Origin: Paracoccaceae bacterium
Lineage (GTDB): Bacteria > Pseudomonadota > Alphaproteobacteria > Rhodobacterales > Rhodobacteraceae
Assembly: GCA_024636555.1 (NCBI GenBank)
Contig: JAGXGW010000025.1
Span: 1,543 to 65,542 of the forward strand
Direction: 5' to 3'
DNA length: 64,000 nt
Every line of letters starts with the position of its first letter. Within the stretch, counting starts at the first letter, position 1. The notes beneath the pieces are model-generated. The model did no database searches, was not told the origin of the DNA, and saw only the letters and a program-made list of their open reading frames with translations. This document shows, in pieces, positions 1 to 9,453 of this stretch. The translations under genes and the position numbers were made by a program.

Positions 1-842
1 TGACGCTGGCAGGCTGCGCGGACGGCGGACCGCTGGCGTTTTTGCAGGGGCAAGGGGCCACGGAACAGGGTGCTGTCTCCAACAGATCGGTGCGGCTAGT
101 CGAGCGCGATGTCGAGGCGCCCGATGTGTTCCAGGTCACCGAAGCGGGCCTGTGGGACGGTCGTCCCTCGCTGGGCGGGGTGTGGGTGGCGCATCCCGAC
201 GTGAAAGAGCCGGAGCGCGTGATCATCCGCAACACCGCCAACGGCAATTTCGTGATCGGCGCGCTGTTCCGGCGCGAGGTCGACACGCCCGGCCCGCGGG
301 TGCAGGTCTCGTCGGATGCGGCCGCCACGCTGGGCATGCTCGCGGGTCAGCCCGTGCAGGTTAATGTCACGGCGCTGCGCCGTGAAGAAGTGGCTGAACC
401 CGCCGCAGCGGAGGTGGACGGGCCGGTTGAGGCCGCAGCCGCCCCCGCCATGACCGCGCCGTCCGCCATCACCGAAAGCCGGCTGGACCCTATCAGTTCG
501 GCAGCCGCGGCGATCGAGGCGGCACCGCAGGCCGCTCCACCAACCGCCGCAGCGCCCACACCCGCGCCACAGGCCGCAGTCATTGCACCGCAGGCGCGCC
601 CGTCGACACTCGACAAGCCGTTCCTGCAGATCGGTATCTTCAGCGTCGAGGCCAATGCCCAGCGCGCCGCGACCGCAATGCGCAATGCGGGTATGGTGCC
701 GGCGGTGAAGCGGCAGGAAAGTCAGGGCAAGCCGTTCTGGCGCGTCCTTGTCGGCCCTGCGGGAACCACCGCCGAACGCAGCAGCCTGCTGGCGAAAATC
801 AAGCAAGAAGGCTTCACCGATGCCTATGCTGTCACAAACTGA
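1..842 (+). CDS. SPOR-domain lipoprotein (5' truncated by window edge)
   Basis: Frame is open to the window start and includes a lipobox LAGC (nt 6-17) upstream of the ORF-track start at 42. Ala/Pro-rich linker, then C-terminal SPOR domain (FLQIGIFSVEANA...WRVLVGP...GFTDAY). Sits in front of dacA. Confidence 0.85.
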   Translation, partial: TLAGCADGGPLAFLQGQGATEQGAVSNRSVRLVERDVEAPDVFQVTEAGLWDGRPSLGGVWVAHPDVKEPERVIIRNTANGNFVIGALFRREVDTPGPRVQVSSDAAATLGMLAGQPVQVNVTALRREEVAEPAAAEVDGPVEAAAAPAMTAPSAITESRLDPISSAAAAIEAAPQAAPPTAAAPTPAPQAAVIAPQARPSTLDKPFLQIGIFSVEANAQRAATAMRNAGMVPAVKRQESQGKPFWRVLVGPAGTTAERSSLLAKIKQEGFTDAYAVTN

Positions 843-857
843 AACGCCTGACCGGAG

Positions 858-2075
858 GTGACATTCCCTATGACGATGCGTTTTCCGCACGCGGCCCTGC
901 GCCGTATTCTCGCAGCCTCGCTGATATCCACGATGGTCGTGGGCACCAGCGCACAGGCTTTCGACACGCGGGCAGGCTCTGCCTATGTGATTGACCAGAG
1001 CACCGGGACGGTGCTGCTGTCCAAGAATGCCGAAACGCCGCTGCCGCCTGCCTCCATGTCGAAGCTGATGACGCTTTACATGCTGTTCGAGGCGCTGGAG
1101 CGCGGCACGGTGACGATGGACACCACCTTTCCCGTCTCTTCGCGCGCCCGTGCGATGGGCGGTTCGACCATGTTCCTGAACGTGCAGGACCGCCCCACCG
1201 TGCGCGAACTGATCCTCGGCATCGTGGTGAATTCGGGCAATGATGCCTGTGTTGTGGTGGCGGAAGGTCTGTCCCCCACCGGCACGGAGGACGGCTTTGC
1301 CGCGCTGATGACCCAGCGGGCGCGGGAGCTTGGCATGACCGATACGGTGCTCACCAATGCCTCCGGCTGGCCGAGTCCGCAGCACCGGATGTCGATGCGC
1401 GATCTGGGCATTCTGGCCGAAAGGCTGATCGAGGATTTTCCGGATTTTTACCTCTATTTCAACGAGCGTGAATACGATTACAAGAACCGCGCCCCCGCCA
1501 ACCGCTTCAACCGCAATCCGCTGTTCAGTCTGGATATCGGGGCCGACGGTCTGAAAACCGGCCACACGCAGGAGGCCGGGTTCGGCCTTGTCGGTTCGGC
1601 TGCACAGGGCAATCGCCGCGTGATTTTCGTCATCAGCGGCATGGAGACCGAGCAGATCAGGGCCGAGGAGTCAGCGGCAATCGTGAACTGGGCCTTTCGC
1701 CAGTTTGCCGAGCGCACCGTCGCCAGCGCCGGACAGGTGATCGCCGAGGCCGAAGTCTGGCGCGGGGCCCAGCCTCGCGTCGCACTTGTGCCGGAATCGG
1801 ATGTCAGCATGCTGCTGCCGGCGCTGTCGAGCGACACGATCGAGGCCGAGATCGTGCATCAGGGCCCGATCAATGCGCCGGTCACACAAGGGCAGGTTCT
1901 GGGCGAGATGATCATCTCGCGTGACGGGCTTGATCCCGTGCATGTCCCGCTGGTGGCCGCGGCGAATGTGCCGCTGGGCGGGTTTGCCACGCGCGTGTTG
2001 ACGACATCGCAGGTGCTGCTGGAGCGTTTCACGCAGCCGGAGCCGGCGGCGAAACCCTCCGGAGGCGAGTCTTGA
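858..2075 (+). CDS. dacA: D-alanyl-D-alanine carboxypeptidase (peptidase S11, PBP5/6)
   Basis: Signal peptide; PASMSK (SxxK), SGN (SxN) and KTG motifs; C-terminal PBP5 domain. Start may be ATG 870 or 876. Confidence 0.93.
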   Translation: MTFPMTMRFPHAALRRILAASLISTMVVGTSAQAFDTRAGSAYVIDQSTGTVLLSKNAETPLPPASMSKLMTLYMLFEALERGTVTMDTTFPVSSRARAMGGSTMFLNVQDRPTVRELILGIVVNSGNDACVVVAEGLSPTGTEDGFAALMTQRARELGMTDTVLTNASGWPSPQHRMSMRDLGILAERLIEDFPDFYLYFNEREYDYKNRAPANRFNRNPLFSLDIGADGLKTGHTQEAGFGLVGSAAQGNRRVIFVISGMETEQIRAEESAAIVNWAFRQFAERTVASAGQVIAEAEVWRGAQPRVALVPESDVSMLLPALSSDTIEAEIVHQGPINAPVTQGQVLGEMIISRDGLDPVHVPLVAAANVPLGGFATRVLTTSQVLLERFTQPEPAAKPSGGES

Positions 2076-2725
2076 ACCCGCAAGGCGGGTTCATCAGCTT
2101 CGAGGGAATCGACGGGTCCGGCAAATCCACGCAGGCCCGGCTTCTGGCCGCCACCTTGCAGGCGCAGGGTCGCGATGTCGTTCTGACGCGGGAACCCGGC
2201 GGATCTGCCGGAGCCGAGGATATCCGCAAGCTTGTGCTGGAAGGTCCGCCGGACCGCTGGTCACCGGAGACCGAGATCCTGCTGTTCACCGCCGCGCGCC
2301 GCGATCATCTGGAGCGCACGATCCGGCCTGCGCTGGCTGCCGGACATATCGTGATCTGCGACCGCTTCGCCGATTCCACCCGCATGTATCAGGGCCTGCG
2401 CGGCCCCGACCTGCGCGCGATGGTCGACAAGCTGCATGATCTGATGATCGGGCAGGAGCCGGATCTGACGCTGTTGATCGACATGGACCCCGCCCTGGGT
2501 CTGGCCCGTGCCTTGGGGCGGCAAGGCAGCGAGGAACGGTTCGAGGGCTTCGGCGAGGCGCTGCAACAAAAGATGCGCGCCGGATTTCTGGACCTTGCCC
2601 GCGCCATGCCTGCCCGCATCCGCGTGATCGACGGCGCGCGCACGCCCGAACAGGTGGCGGCGGATGTAGCGCAAATCGTCAGCGTGCATCTTGAACAGCA
2701 AGCCCTAGGATCAGCACAGGCATGA
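2072..2725 (+). CDS. tmk: Thymidylate kinase
   Basis: FEGIDGSGKST P-loop, TREPGG and CDRF motifs; overlaps dacA stop; followed by holB. Confidence 0.97.
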   Translation: MNPQGGFISFEGIDGSGKSTQARLLAATLQAQGRDVVLTREPGGSAGAEDIRKLVLEGPPDRWSPETEILLFTAARRDHLERTIRPALAAGHIVICDRFADSTRMYQGLRGPDLRAMVDKLHDLMIGQEPDLTLLIDMDPALGLARALGRQGSEERFEGFGEALQQKMRAGFLDLARAMPARIRVIDGARTPEQVAADVAQIVSVHLEQQALGSAQA

Positions 2726-3843
2726 GCGACGACGCCCTTCCCGAACCCGACAAACTCGACGGCGCGCCGCATCCGCGCGAGAGCGCCTCACTGTTCGGCC
2801 AGTCCGGCGCCGAGGCGGCGGTCTTGCAGGCCCATGCCTCTGGCCGGATGCACCATGCATGGCTGCTGACCGGCCCGCGCGGCGTGGGCAAGGCCACGCT
2901 GGCATGGCGCATCGCGCGCTACCTTCTGGCCACCCCGCCGGATGACGGCCCAAGCCTTCTGGACGCGCCGCCCCCTGCCCGCAGTCTGGACATGGAGGCC
3001 GATCATCCGATCAACCGCCGCTTGCGTGCCCTCTCCGAGCCGGGACTGTTCCTGCTGCGCCGTGGCCCCACCGACAAGGGCGACCGTCTGTCCAATGACA
3101 TCCGCGTGGATATGGTCCGCAAACTGGCCGGCTTCCTGCAACTCAGCGCAACCGAAGGCGGCCAGCGCGTGGTGATCGTGGATTCCGCTGACGAGTTGAA
3201 CACGCAAGCCGCCAATGCCTTGCTGAAAATGCTGGAGGAACCGCCCGCGCGCTGCACGTTCCTGATGATCTCGCACCAGCCGACAGGGCTTTTGCCGACG
3301 ATCCGCTCGCGCTGCCGCGAATTGCGCCTGTCGCCTTTGCAGGCCGAAGACATGGCGCGTGCGCTGGCGCAGGCCGGCGTTGATATGCCCGCCGATACCG
3401 CCGCTTTGACGGAACTGTCCTCTGGCTCGGTGGGTGAGGCGATCCGCCTGATCTCGCAGGGGGGGCTCGAAATTTACGCCGAACTGGTCGCTTTGTTCGC
3501 CCGCCTGCCCGATCTGGACCGTCCGCGCGCCCTGCGGCTGGCCGAGGCGGCGGCAGCGCGCGGTGCGACCGACAGGCTGGGGCTGCTGATGGGGCTGACC
3601 GATCTGATGCTGGCGCGGCTGGCCCGCAGCGGTGCCACAGGCCGCCCCCCCTCTATCGAGGCCGCCCCCGGCGAGGCCGCGCTCATGGCGCGGCTGGCGC
3701 CCGGACCTGTCCGTGCGAGGGCTTGGGCCGACGCGGCACAGGCAATCAGCGCAAGAGCCGTTCACGGGCGGGCGGTCAACCTTGACCCTGCCTCGCTTGT
3801 CCTAGATACGGTCTTCAGGATTCAGAAAACCGCGGGCGGCTGA
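2722..3843 (+). CDS. holB: DNA polymerase III delta' subunit
   Basis: HHAWLLTGPRGVGKAT, AANALLKMLEEPP and LLPTIRSRC motifs; ATGA overlap with tmk. Confidence 0.96.
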   Translation: MSDDALPEPDKLDGAPHPRESASLFGQSGAEAAVLQAHASGRMHHAWLLTGPRGVGKATLAWRIARYLLATPPDDGPSLLDAPPPARSLDMEADHPINRRLRALSEPGLFLLRRGPTDKGDRLSNDIRVDMVRKLAGFLQLSATEGGQRVVIVDSADELNTQAANALLKMLEEPPARCTFLMISHQPTGLLPTIRSRCRELRLSPLQAEDMARALAQAGVDMPADTAALTELSSGSVGEAIRLISQGGLEIYAELVALFARLPDLDRPRALRLAEAAAARGATDRLGLLMGLTDLMLARLARSGATGRPPSIEAAPGEAALMARLAPGPVRARAWADAAQAISARAVHGRAVNLDPASLVLDTVFRIQKTAGG

Positions 3844-3863
3844 ACCGGCCCGCAAGGCAGATC

Positions 3864-4688
3864 ATGACCGACCAGCAGACAAGCACCATCCAGATCACCG
3901 ACAGCCATTGTCACCTCGACTTTCCCGATTTCGACGGAGAGCTGGAGGCGGTGATCGCGCGCGCGCATGCCGCAGGCGTGACGCGGATGGTTACGATCTG
4001 CACCAAGGCCCGCAACGAACCCGCCGTCCGCGCCATCGCCGAGGCGCATGAGAGCGTGTTCTACGCGTTCGGCATCCATCCGATGTCCGTGGCCGAAGGG
4101 CCGCTCGTGACGCAGGAGCATCTGATGACCGTGGCCGCCCATCCCAAATGCGTGGCAATCGGTGAAACAGGGCTCGATTACCACTACACCGCCGAGAGCG
4201 CTGCGCAGCAACAGGACAGCCTGCGTATCCATATCGCCGCCGCCCGCGAGACCGGCCTGCCACTGGTCATCCATGCCCGTGCGGCGGATGACGATATGGC
4301 CCGCATCCTGACCGAGGAATACCGCAAGGGTGCCTACACTTGCGTGATGCATTGTTTTTCCTCCAGCGCGGAGCTGGCCCGCGCGGCACTCGATCTGGGG
4401 TTCTATCTGTCGATGTCCGGCATCGCGACCTTCCCCAAATCGCAGGAGCTGCGCGATATCTTCGCCGCTGCCCCGCTGGAGCGTATTCTGGTAGAGACCG
4501 ACGCGCCCTATCTCGCCCCCAAGCCCTTTCGCGGCAGGCGCAACGAGCCTGCCTATACCCGTCATACCGCCGAGGTGGGTGCCCAGATTTTCGGCCTGCC
4601 GCTGGCCGATTTCGCCGCCGCCACACAGGCCAATTTCGACCGGCTCTTCACCAAGGCCGCCCGCACCGACAAGGCTGCCGCCCCATGA
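3864..4688 (+). CDS. tatD: TatD-family hydrolase/DNase
   Basis: DSHCH, GETGLDY, HCFS and ETDAPYL motifs; conserved tmk-holB-tatD order. Confidence 0.94.
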   Translation: MTDQQTSTIQITDSHCHLDFPDFDGELEAVIARAHAAGVTRMVTICTKARNEPAVRAIAEAHESVFYAFGIHPMSVAEGPLVTQEHLMTVAAHPKCVAIGETGLDYHYTAESAAQQQDSLRIHIAAARETGLPLVIHARAADDDMARILTEEYRKGAYTCVMHCFSSSAELARAALDLGFYLSMSGIATFPKSQELRDIFAAAPLERILVETDAPYLAPKPFRGRRNEPAYTRHTAEVGAQIFGLPLADFAAATQANFDRLFTKAARTDKAAAP

Positions 4689-5482
4689 ACGAGATGCGCT
4701 TTACCATATTGGGTTGCGGCTCTTCCGGCGGCGTTCCGCGTCTTGGCTGGCATTGGGGCGATTGCGATCCGGCCAATCCCAAGAACAACCGCCGCCGCTG
4801 CTCGATGCTGATCGAGCGGGAGGGACCGGAGGGCATCACCCGCGTGCTGATCGACACCTCCCCCGATCTGCGCGCCCAGCTTCTGGATGCTGGCGTGGGC
4901 GAGCTGGACGCTGTCGTCTATACCCACAGCCATGCCGATCACGTCCACGGGCTGGACGATCTACGCATGATCGTCTTCAACATGCGCCGCCGCCTGCCTG
5001 TCTGGGCCGATGGCGACACGCAGAACGACCTCTACTCCCGCTTCGGCTATGCTTTCATGCAACCCGCCGACAGCCCCTACCCGCCGATCCTCGACATGTT
5101 CACCATCAACGGGCCGTTCACCGTCTCGGGCAAGGGTGGTGATATCACGCTGACACCGTTCCGCGCCAATCACGGCAGTATCGACGCTTTGGGCTTCCGC
5201 GTGCTCGATCTGGCCTATCTGCCCGACGCGGTGCGCCTCTATGACGAGGCGCTGCCGCATCTGCAGAATCTGGATTGCTGGATCATCGACGCCCTGCGCC
5301 GCACGCCACATCCGACGCATGCCCATCTGGAGATGACGCTGGACTGGATCGCGCAGATAGCCCCACGCCGCGCCGTGCTGACCAATATGCATATCGACCT
5401 TGACTACCAGACCGTGGCCGATGAAACCCCTGCCCATATCACCCCCGCCTATGACGGTATGACGATCCGCTACCCGCTCTGA
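4685..5482 (+). CDS. MBL-fold metallo-hydrolase (PhnP/YycJ-like phosphodiesterase family)
   Basis: Start ATG 4685 overlaps tatD stop (ATGA). LGCGSSGGVP, THSHADHVHG (HxHxDH) and C-terminal AYDG motifs. Confidence 0.9.
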   Translation: MNEMRFTILGCGSSGGVPRLGWHWGDCDPANPKNNRRRCSMLIEREGPEGITRVLIDTSPDLRAQLLDAGVGELDAVVYTHSHADHVHGLDDLRMIVFNMRRRLPVWADGDTQNDLYSRFGYAFMQPADSPYPPILDMFTINGPFTVSGKGGDITLTPFRANHGSIDALGFRVLDLAYLPDAVRLYDEALPHLQNLDCWIIDALRRTPHPTHAHLEMTLDWIAQIAPRRAVLTNMHIDLDYQTVADETPAHITPAYDGMTIRYPL

Positions 5483-5490
5483 CCCCGCCC

Positions 5491-5513
5491 GCTTCTTCTT
5501 GGCCCAAATATCC
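5491..5513 (+). repeat. Intergenic short repeat, copy 1 (GCTTCTTCTTGGCCCAAATATCC)
   Basis: 21/23 identical to the reverse complement of 13305-13327 and 20/23 to that of 51248-51270; lies 8 nt after a stop codon. Confidence 0.8.
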
Positions 5514-5560
5514 CCGCGCGGCGCGCTCCCTTTCGCGCCACCCTCTCAAGGCCCGATCCG

Positions 5561-6496
5561 ATGCAAGCCCTTCTCGACGTGATCCTGCCCGTGTTCGGCG
5601 TTATCGGAATGGGCTACCTCGCGGTGCGCCTTGGTTATTTCAAGGACAGCGCCGTGGACGGGCTCATGTCCTTCACGCAGAATTTCGCGATCCCCTGCCT
5701 GTTGTTCAGCGCCATCGCCAGCCTCGATCTGGCGCAAAGCTTCGATCCGCGCCTGCTGTTGTCCTTCTATACAGGCGCAACCGTCGGATTCGTGGCGGGC
5801 ATACTCGGCGCGCGGTATATCTTCGGGCGCGAGTGGGAGGATTGCGTCGCCATCGGGTTTTGCTGTCTGTTCTCGAACTCGCTGATGCTGGGCCTGCCGA
5901 TCACCGAACGCGCCTATGGCACCGAGGCACTGGTGGCGAATTACGCGATCATCGCGATGCATTCGCCGTTCTGCTACCTGCTCGGCATCAGCACGATGGA
6001 GATTGTCCGCGCCCGCGGCACCGGCCAGTCACATGCCCGTCTGGTGCTGACCGTCGGCCGCGCGATGTTCCGCAACGCGCTGATCCTTGGCATCCTGCTG
6101 GGGTTCATCGTCAATCTGGGTAATATCCACCTGCCCGCGCCCGTTTATGGCACGCTCGATCTGATGGTGCGCGCAGCCCTTCCGGCGGCGCTGTTCGGTC
6201 TGGGCGGTGTTCTCGTGCGCTACCGGCCCGAGGGTGATCTGAAGGTCATCGGCTGGGTCGTGATGGCCTCGCTTCTGCTGCATCCCGCCACCGTCTGGCT
6301 GATGGGGCGCGCCACCGATCTGGGTCAGGCGGGGTTCCGCTCTGCCGTGCTGACAGCGGCCATGGCCCCCGGCGTGAACGGCTATATCTTCGCCAATATG
6401 TATGGCCGCGCGCGCCGTGTCGCCGCCTCGGCGGTGCTGCTGGGCACCGGCATTTCCGTGATCACCATCTGGCTCTGGCTGGCGGTGCTGCCGTGA
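5561..6496 (+). CDS. AEC (auxin efflux carrier/malate permease) family transporter
   Basis: About 10 hydrophobic segments; ILPVF start, FAIPCLLF, SNSLMLGLP and AAMAPG motifs. Confidence 0.88.
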   Translation: MQALLDVILPVFGVIGMGYLAVRLGYFKDSAVDGLMSFTQNFAIPCLLFSAIASLDLAQSFDPRLLLSFYTGATVGFVAGILGARYIFGREWEDCVAIGFCCLFSNSLMLGLPITERAYGTEALVANYAIIAMHSPFCYLLGISTMEIVRARGTGQSHARLVLTVGRAMFRNALILGILLGFIVNLGNIHLPAPVYGTLDLMVRAALPAALFGLGGVLVRYRPEGDLKVIGWVVMASLLLHPATVWLMGRATDLGQAGFRSAVLTAAMAPGVNGYIFANMYGRARRVAASAVLLGTGISVITIWLWLAVLP

Positions 6497-6509
6497 GGCG
6501 CGAGGCGAT

Positions 6510-7445
6510 ATGACAGACCATCCCGCCGCCCCGCAAAACAGCACCGCCTGGGCGTTTGACGCCTATCAGGCCGTGCGCCACCGCCTGCCGCAGGCGCGTT
6601 TTCCCACCCGTAGCGAGATAGCAATCGATTTGACGGCAATCATTGCGCGTTTCGATATCTTTCTGCTGGATGCGTTCGGCGTTCTGAACGTCGGCGAGAC
6701 AGCGATCCCCGGCGCTGTAAACCATGTCGCAGCGCTGCAGGCGGCGGGCAAGCATGTGATGGTCGTCTCCAACGCCGCAGGCTATCCCAAGCGTTTCCTG
6801 ATGGCGCGGCTGCACCGTCTGGGTTTTGCCTTCACACCGGAGCAGGTTCTGTCCAGCCGCGACGTGCTGCTGGACGTCCTGCATCGCCAGCCGCCACACC
6901 GCTGGGGCCTGATGGCCGATCCGCAATATGGGCTTGAGGAACTGGACAACCTCCACACGACGATCCTTGCCGATGATCCGCAAGCCTATGATCTGGCCGA
7001 GGGTTTCGCCTTTCTGGGCTCCGGCACATGGACAATGGCACGCCAGCATCTGCTGACCGACAGCCTGCGCCGCAATCCGCGCCCTGTGCTGGTGGGCAAT
7101 CCCGATATCGTCGCCCCGCGCGAGGGCGGCTTGTCGCTGGAGCCGGGTTATTTCGCGCATCTGGTGGCCGATGCGACGGGCCTTGCGCCGCAGTTCTTCG
7201 GCAAACCCTATCCCGCCGTCTATGACATGGCCCTGACACGCGCCCTTGCCGCACGTCCCGATGTCACCGATCCCGCCCGTATCCTCATGGTGGGCGATAC
7301 GCTGCATACCGATATCCTTGGCGGGGCTGCGGCGGGCGTGAAAACCGCGCTGGTCACAGGCTATGGCGCGCTGCTGGGGATGGATGTGCAAAGCGCGATC
7401 GCCACCTGCGGCATGGTCCCGGACTTTATCCTGCCAGACCCCTGA
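6510..7445 (+). CDS. HAD-superfamily IIA hydrolase
   Basis: LLDAFGVL (motif I), VVSNA, GNPD, FGKP and MVGDTLHTDILG motifs. Confidence 0.88.
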   Translation: MTDHPAAPQNSTAWAFDAYQAVRHRLPQARFPTRSEIAIDLTAIIARFDIFLLDAFGVLNVGETAIPGAVNHVAALQAAGKHVMVVSNAAGYPKRFLMARLHRLGFAFTPEQVLSSRDVLLDVLHRQPPHRWGLMADPQYGLEELDNLHTTILADDPQAYDLAEGFAFLGSGTWTMARQHLLTDSLRRNPRPVLVGNPDIVAPREGGLSLEPGYFAHLVADATGLAPQFFGKPYPAVYDMALTRALAARPDVTDPARILMVGDTLHTDILGGAAAGVKTALVTGYGALLGMDVQSAIATCGMVPDFILPDP

Positions 7446-7535
7446 TTTTTGCTTTTGTGCCAACATACCACTGACCTGATACAGATGTGAGGTAAACCGG
7501 GTGGCAGTTCGGGGACAAGCCCACTACGCTGGGGC

Positions 7536-7560
7536 GGAACCAAATACGTTTCGGACTGTT
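7536..7560 (+). promoter_or_regulatory. Possible EcfG/ECF-type promoter upstream of tamA
   Basis: GGAAC-N16-TGTT, one mismatch from the alphaproteobacterial EcfG consensus GGAAC-N16/17-CGTT. Confidence 0.35.
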
Positions 7561-7605
7561 ACCTCCGGTGGTGCGACGCTGCTGTCATGATCGAAAGGCC
7601 AAGCC

Positions 7606-9453
7606 ATGCCGTTACTCTTTTTCCCGACCCCGACAGCGCGCCTTGCCATTGTCGTCTCAGCCGGTCTTTCCGTCGCAGTCGCGCCGCACCCCGCCGGGGC
7701 GCTTGATCAGGCAACGTTGATTGCCAGTAGCGGCGGCGAGCGCTTGCTGGACCGTCTGACAGCCGGATCGCTGGTCATCGCGGCAGAACGCGACGGCGTG
7801 ACCGATCCGCAGGATATTCTGGCGGCAGCACAGGCCGATTACCGGCGCATGGTCGATCTGCTTTATGCAAGCGGCTATTACAGCGGCACCGTGAATATCC
7901 GCATCGACGGGCGCGAGGCCGCCGAGATTCCGCCACTCAACCCGCCGACCCGCATTTCCGTGGCCGAGATCCGCGTCAATCCCGGCCCGCGCTTCACCTT
8001 CGGGAGGGCCGAGATCGGGCCGCTGGTGACCGGCAGCACCCCGCCCGAAGAGTTTCGCGCGGGTCAGATCGCGCGCGCGACGGTGATTGCCGATGCGGCG
8101 GATGTCGCTGTGGATGACTGGCGCGCGGCAGGTCACCCCAAGGTCGAGATTGCCAATCAGCAGGTCACCGCGAACCATCCCGAACAAAAGCTCGATGCGC
8201 GGATCGGCCTTGCCCCCGGCCCCGTGGCGACCTTTGGCACCACGACCGTGCAGGAGGGCAGCGCCGTCCGCAGTACCGCGATCCGGCGGATCGCCGGCGT
8301 GCCGGAGGGTACCCGTTACGACCCCGAAGACGTAGCAATGGCAGCCCAGCGTTTGCGCCGCACCGGCGCGTTCCGCTCGGTCGCGCTGACGGAGGCGGAT
8401 CTGCTCAACCCCGACAACTCTCTGGATATCGGCATTGCTGTCGTTGACGAGGCACCGCGCCGCTACGGCTTTGGCGCAGAAATCGCCACCGATGCGGGGC
8501 TTGGTCTCAACGGGTTCTGGATGCATCGCAACGTCATGGGCGGAGCCGAGCGTTTCCGTGTGGAAGGCCGTGTTGACGGGATCGGCACCGACCGTGGCGG
8601 GCTCAATTACGGGGTAAGCGCGCGGTTCGACCGTCCTGCGGTCTATGGCCCGGACACCGGCTTTTTTGCCGTGCTCGGCGTGGAGCAACTGGACGAGGAG
8701 TTCTTTCTCAACGAGCGCGCCTTTGCAGGCATCGGCGTGACACGCACGTTCTCCGACACGCTGGAAGGCGAGTTGGGGCTGCAGCTGGAATATGCCCGCG
8801 TCACCCAGCGTTACCTGCCAGCCCTGCCCGATGGCAGCTTTCCAAAGCGCGATTTCACGCTTGTGACCCTGCCCGGCGCGCTGACATGGGACCGGCGCGA
8901 CGACATTCTGAACCCGACGGAAGGGTTCTACCTCAAGGCCGAGGCTACCCCGTTCTTCGACGTGGATGGCAGCGACCACGGCGGGCGGTTGCAGTTCGAT
9001 GCCCGCATCTATCAGGCACTCGGTGAGAGTGACAGGTTTGTTCTGGCAGGCCGCGCGCAGGCCGGATCCGTGTTCGGGCCGGACCTTCTGGATATCCAGC
9101 CCGATCTGCTGTTCTACTCCGGCGGAGGCGGCACGGTGCGTGGCCAGCCTTTCCAGTCGCTCTTCGTGGAACAACCCGGCGTACGCGGTATCGGCGGGCG
9201 CAGCTTTGTCGGTTTTTCGGGCGAGGTGCGTGCCAAGGTCTCGGAACGGATCAGCCTCGTGGGCTTTGCCGATGCGGGCTATATCGGCGCCGAAAGCCTT
9301 TATGACGGCAGCGGCGAATGGCACTCGGGGGCAGGCCTCGGCCTGCGCTATGACACGACGGTGGGGCCGATCCGGCTCGATGTTGCCGGACCGGTCAGCG
9401 GTGATACCGGTGACGGCGTGCAAATCTACATTGGTATCGGGCAGGCGTTTTGA
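7606..9453 (+). CDS. tamA: Omp85-family translocation and assembly module subunit TamA
   Basis: POTRA-like N-terminus (GYYSG..V), GGGGTVRG loop-6 motif, GAGLGLRYDTTVGPIRLD and terminal IGIGQAF; adjacent to tamB. Confidence 0.93.
   Translation: MPLLFFPTPTARLAIVVSAGLSVAVAPHPAGALDQATLIASSGGERLLDRLTAGSLVIAAERDGVTDPQDILAAAQADYRRMVDLLYASGYYSGTVNIRIDGREAAEIPPLNPPTRISVAEIRVNPGPRFTFGRAEIGPLVTGSTPPEEFRAGQIARATVIADAADVAVDDWRAAGHPKVEIANQQVTANHPEQKLDARIGLAPGPVATFGTTTVQEGSAVRSTAIRRIAGVPEGTRYDPEDVAMAAQRLRRTGAFRSVALTEADLLNPDNSLDIGIAVVDEAPRRYGFGAEIATDAGLGLNGFWMHRNVMGGAERFRVEGRVDGIGTDRGGLNYGVSARFDRPAVYGPDTGFFAVLGVEQLDEEFFLNERAFAGIGVTRTFSDTLEGELGLQLEYARVTQRYLPALPDGSFPKRDFTLVTLPGALTWDRRDDILNPTEGFYLKAEATPFFDVDGSDHGGRLQFDARIYQALGESDRFVLAGRAQAGSVFGPDLLDIQPDLLFYSGGGGTVRGQPFQSLFVEQPGVRGIGGRSFVGFSGEVRAKVSERISLVGFADAGYIGAESLYDGSGEWHSGAGLGLRYDTTVGPIRLDVAGPVSGDTGDGVQIYIGIGQAF

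Noticed and set aside
400-600. Low-complexity GCC/CCG-rich stretch
   Set aside because: Encodes the Ala/Pro linker of the SPOR protein; not a DNA-level repeat.
4685-5482. Calling the MBL hydrolase phnP of the C-P lyase cluster
   Set aside because: It is coupled to tatD in the housekeeping tmk-holB-tatD block, 8 kb from the phn genes, with no Pho box seen.
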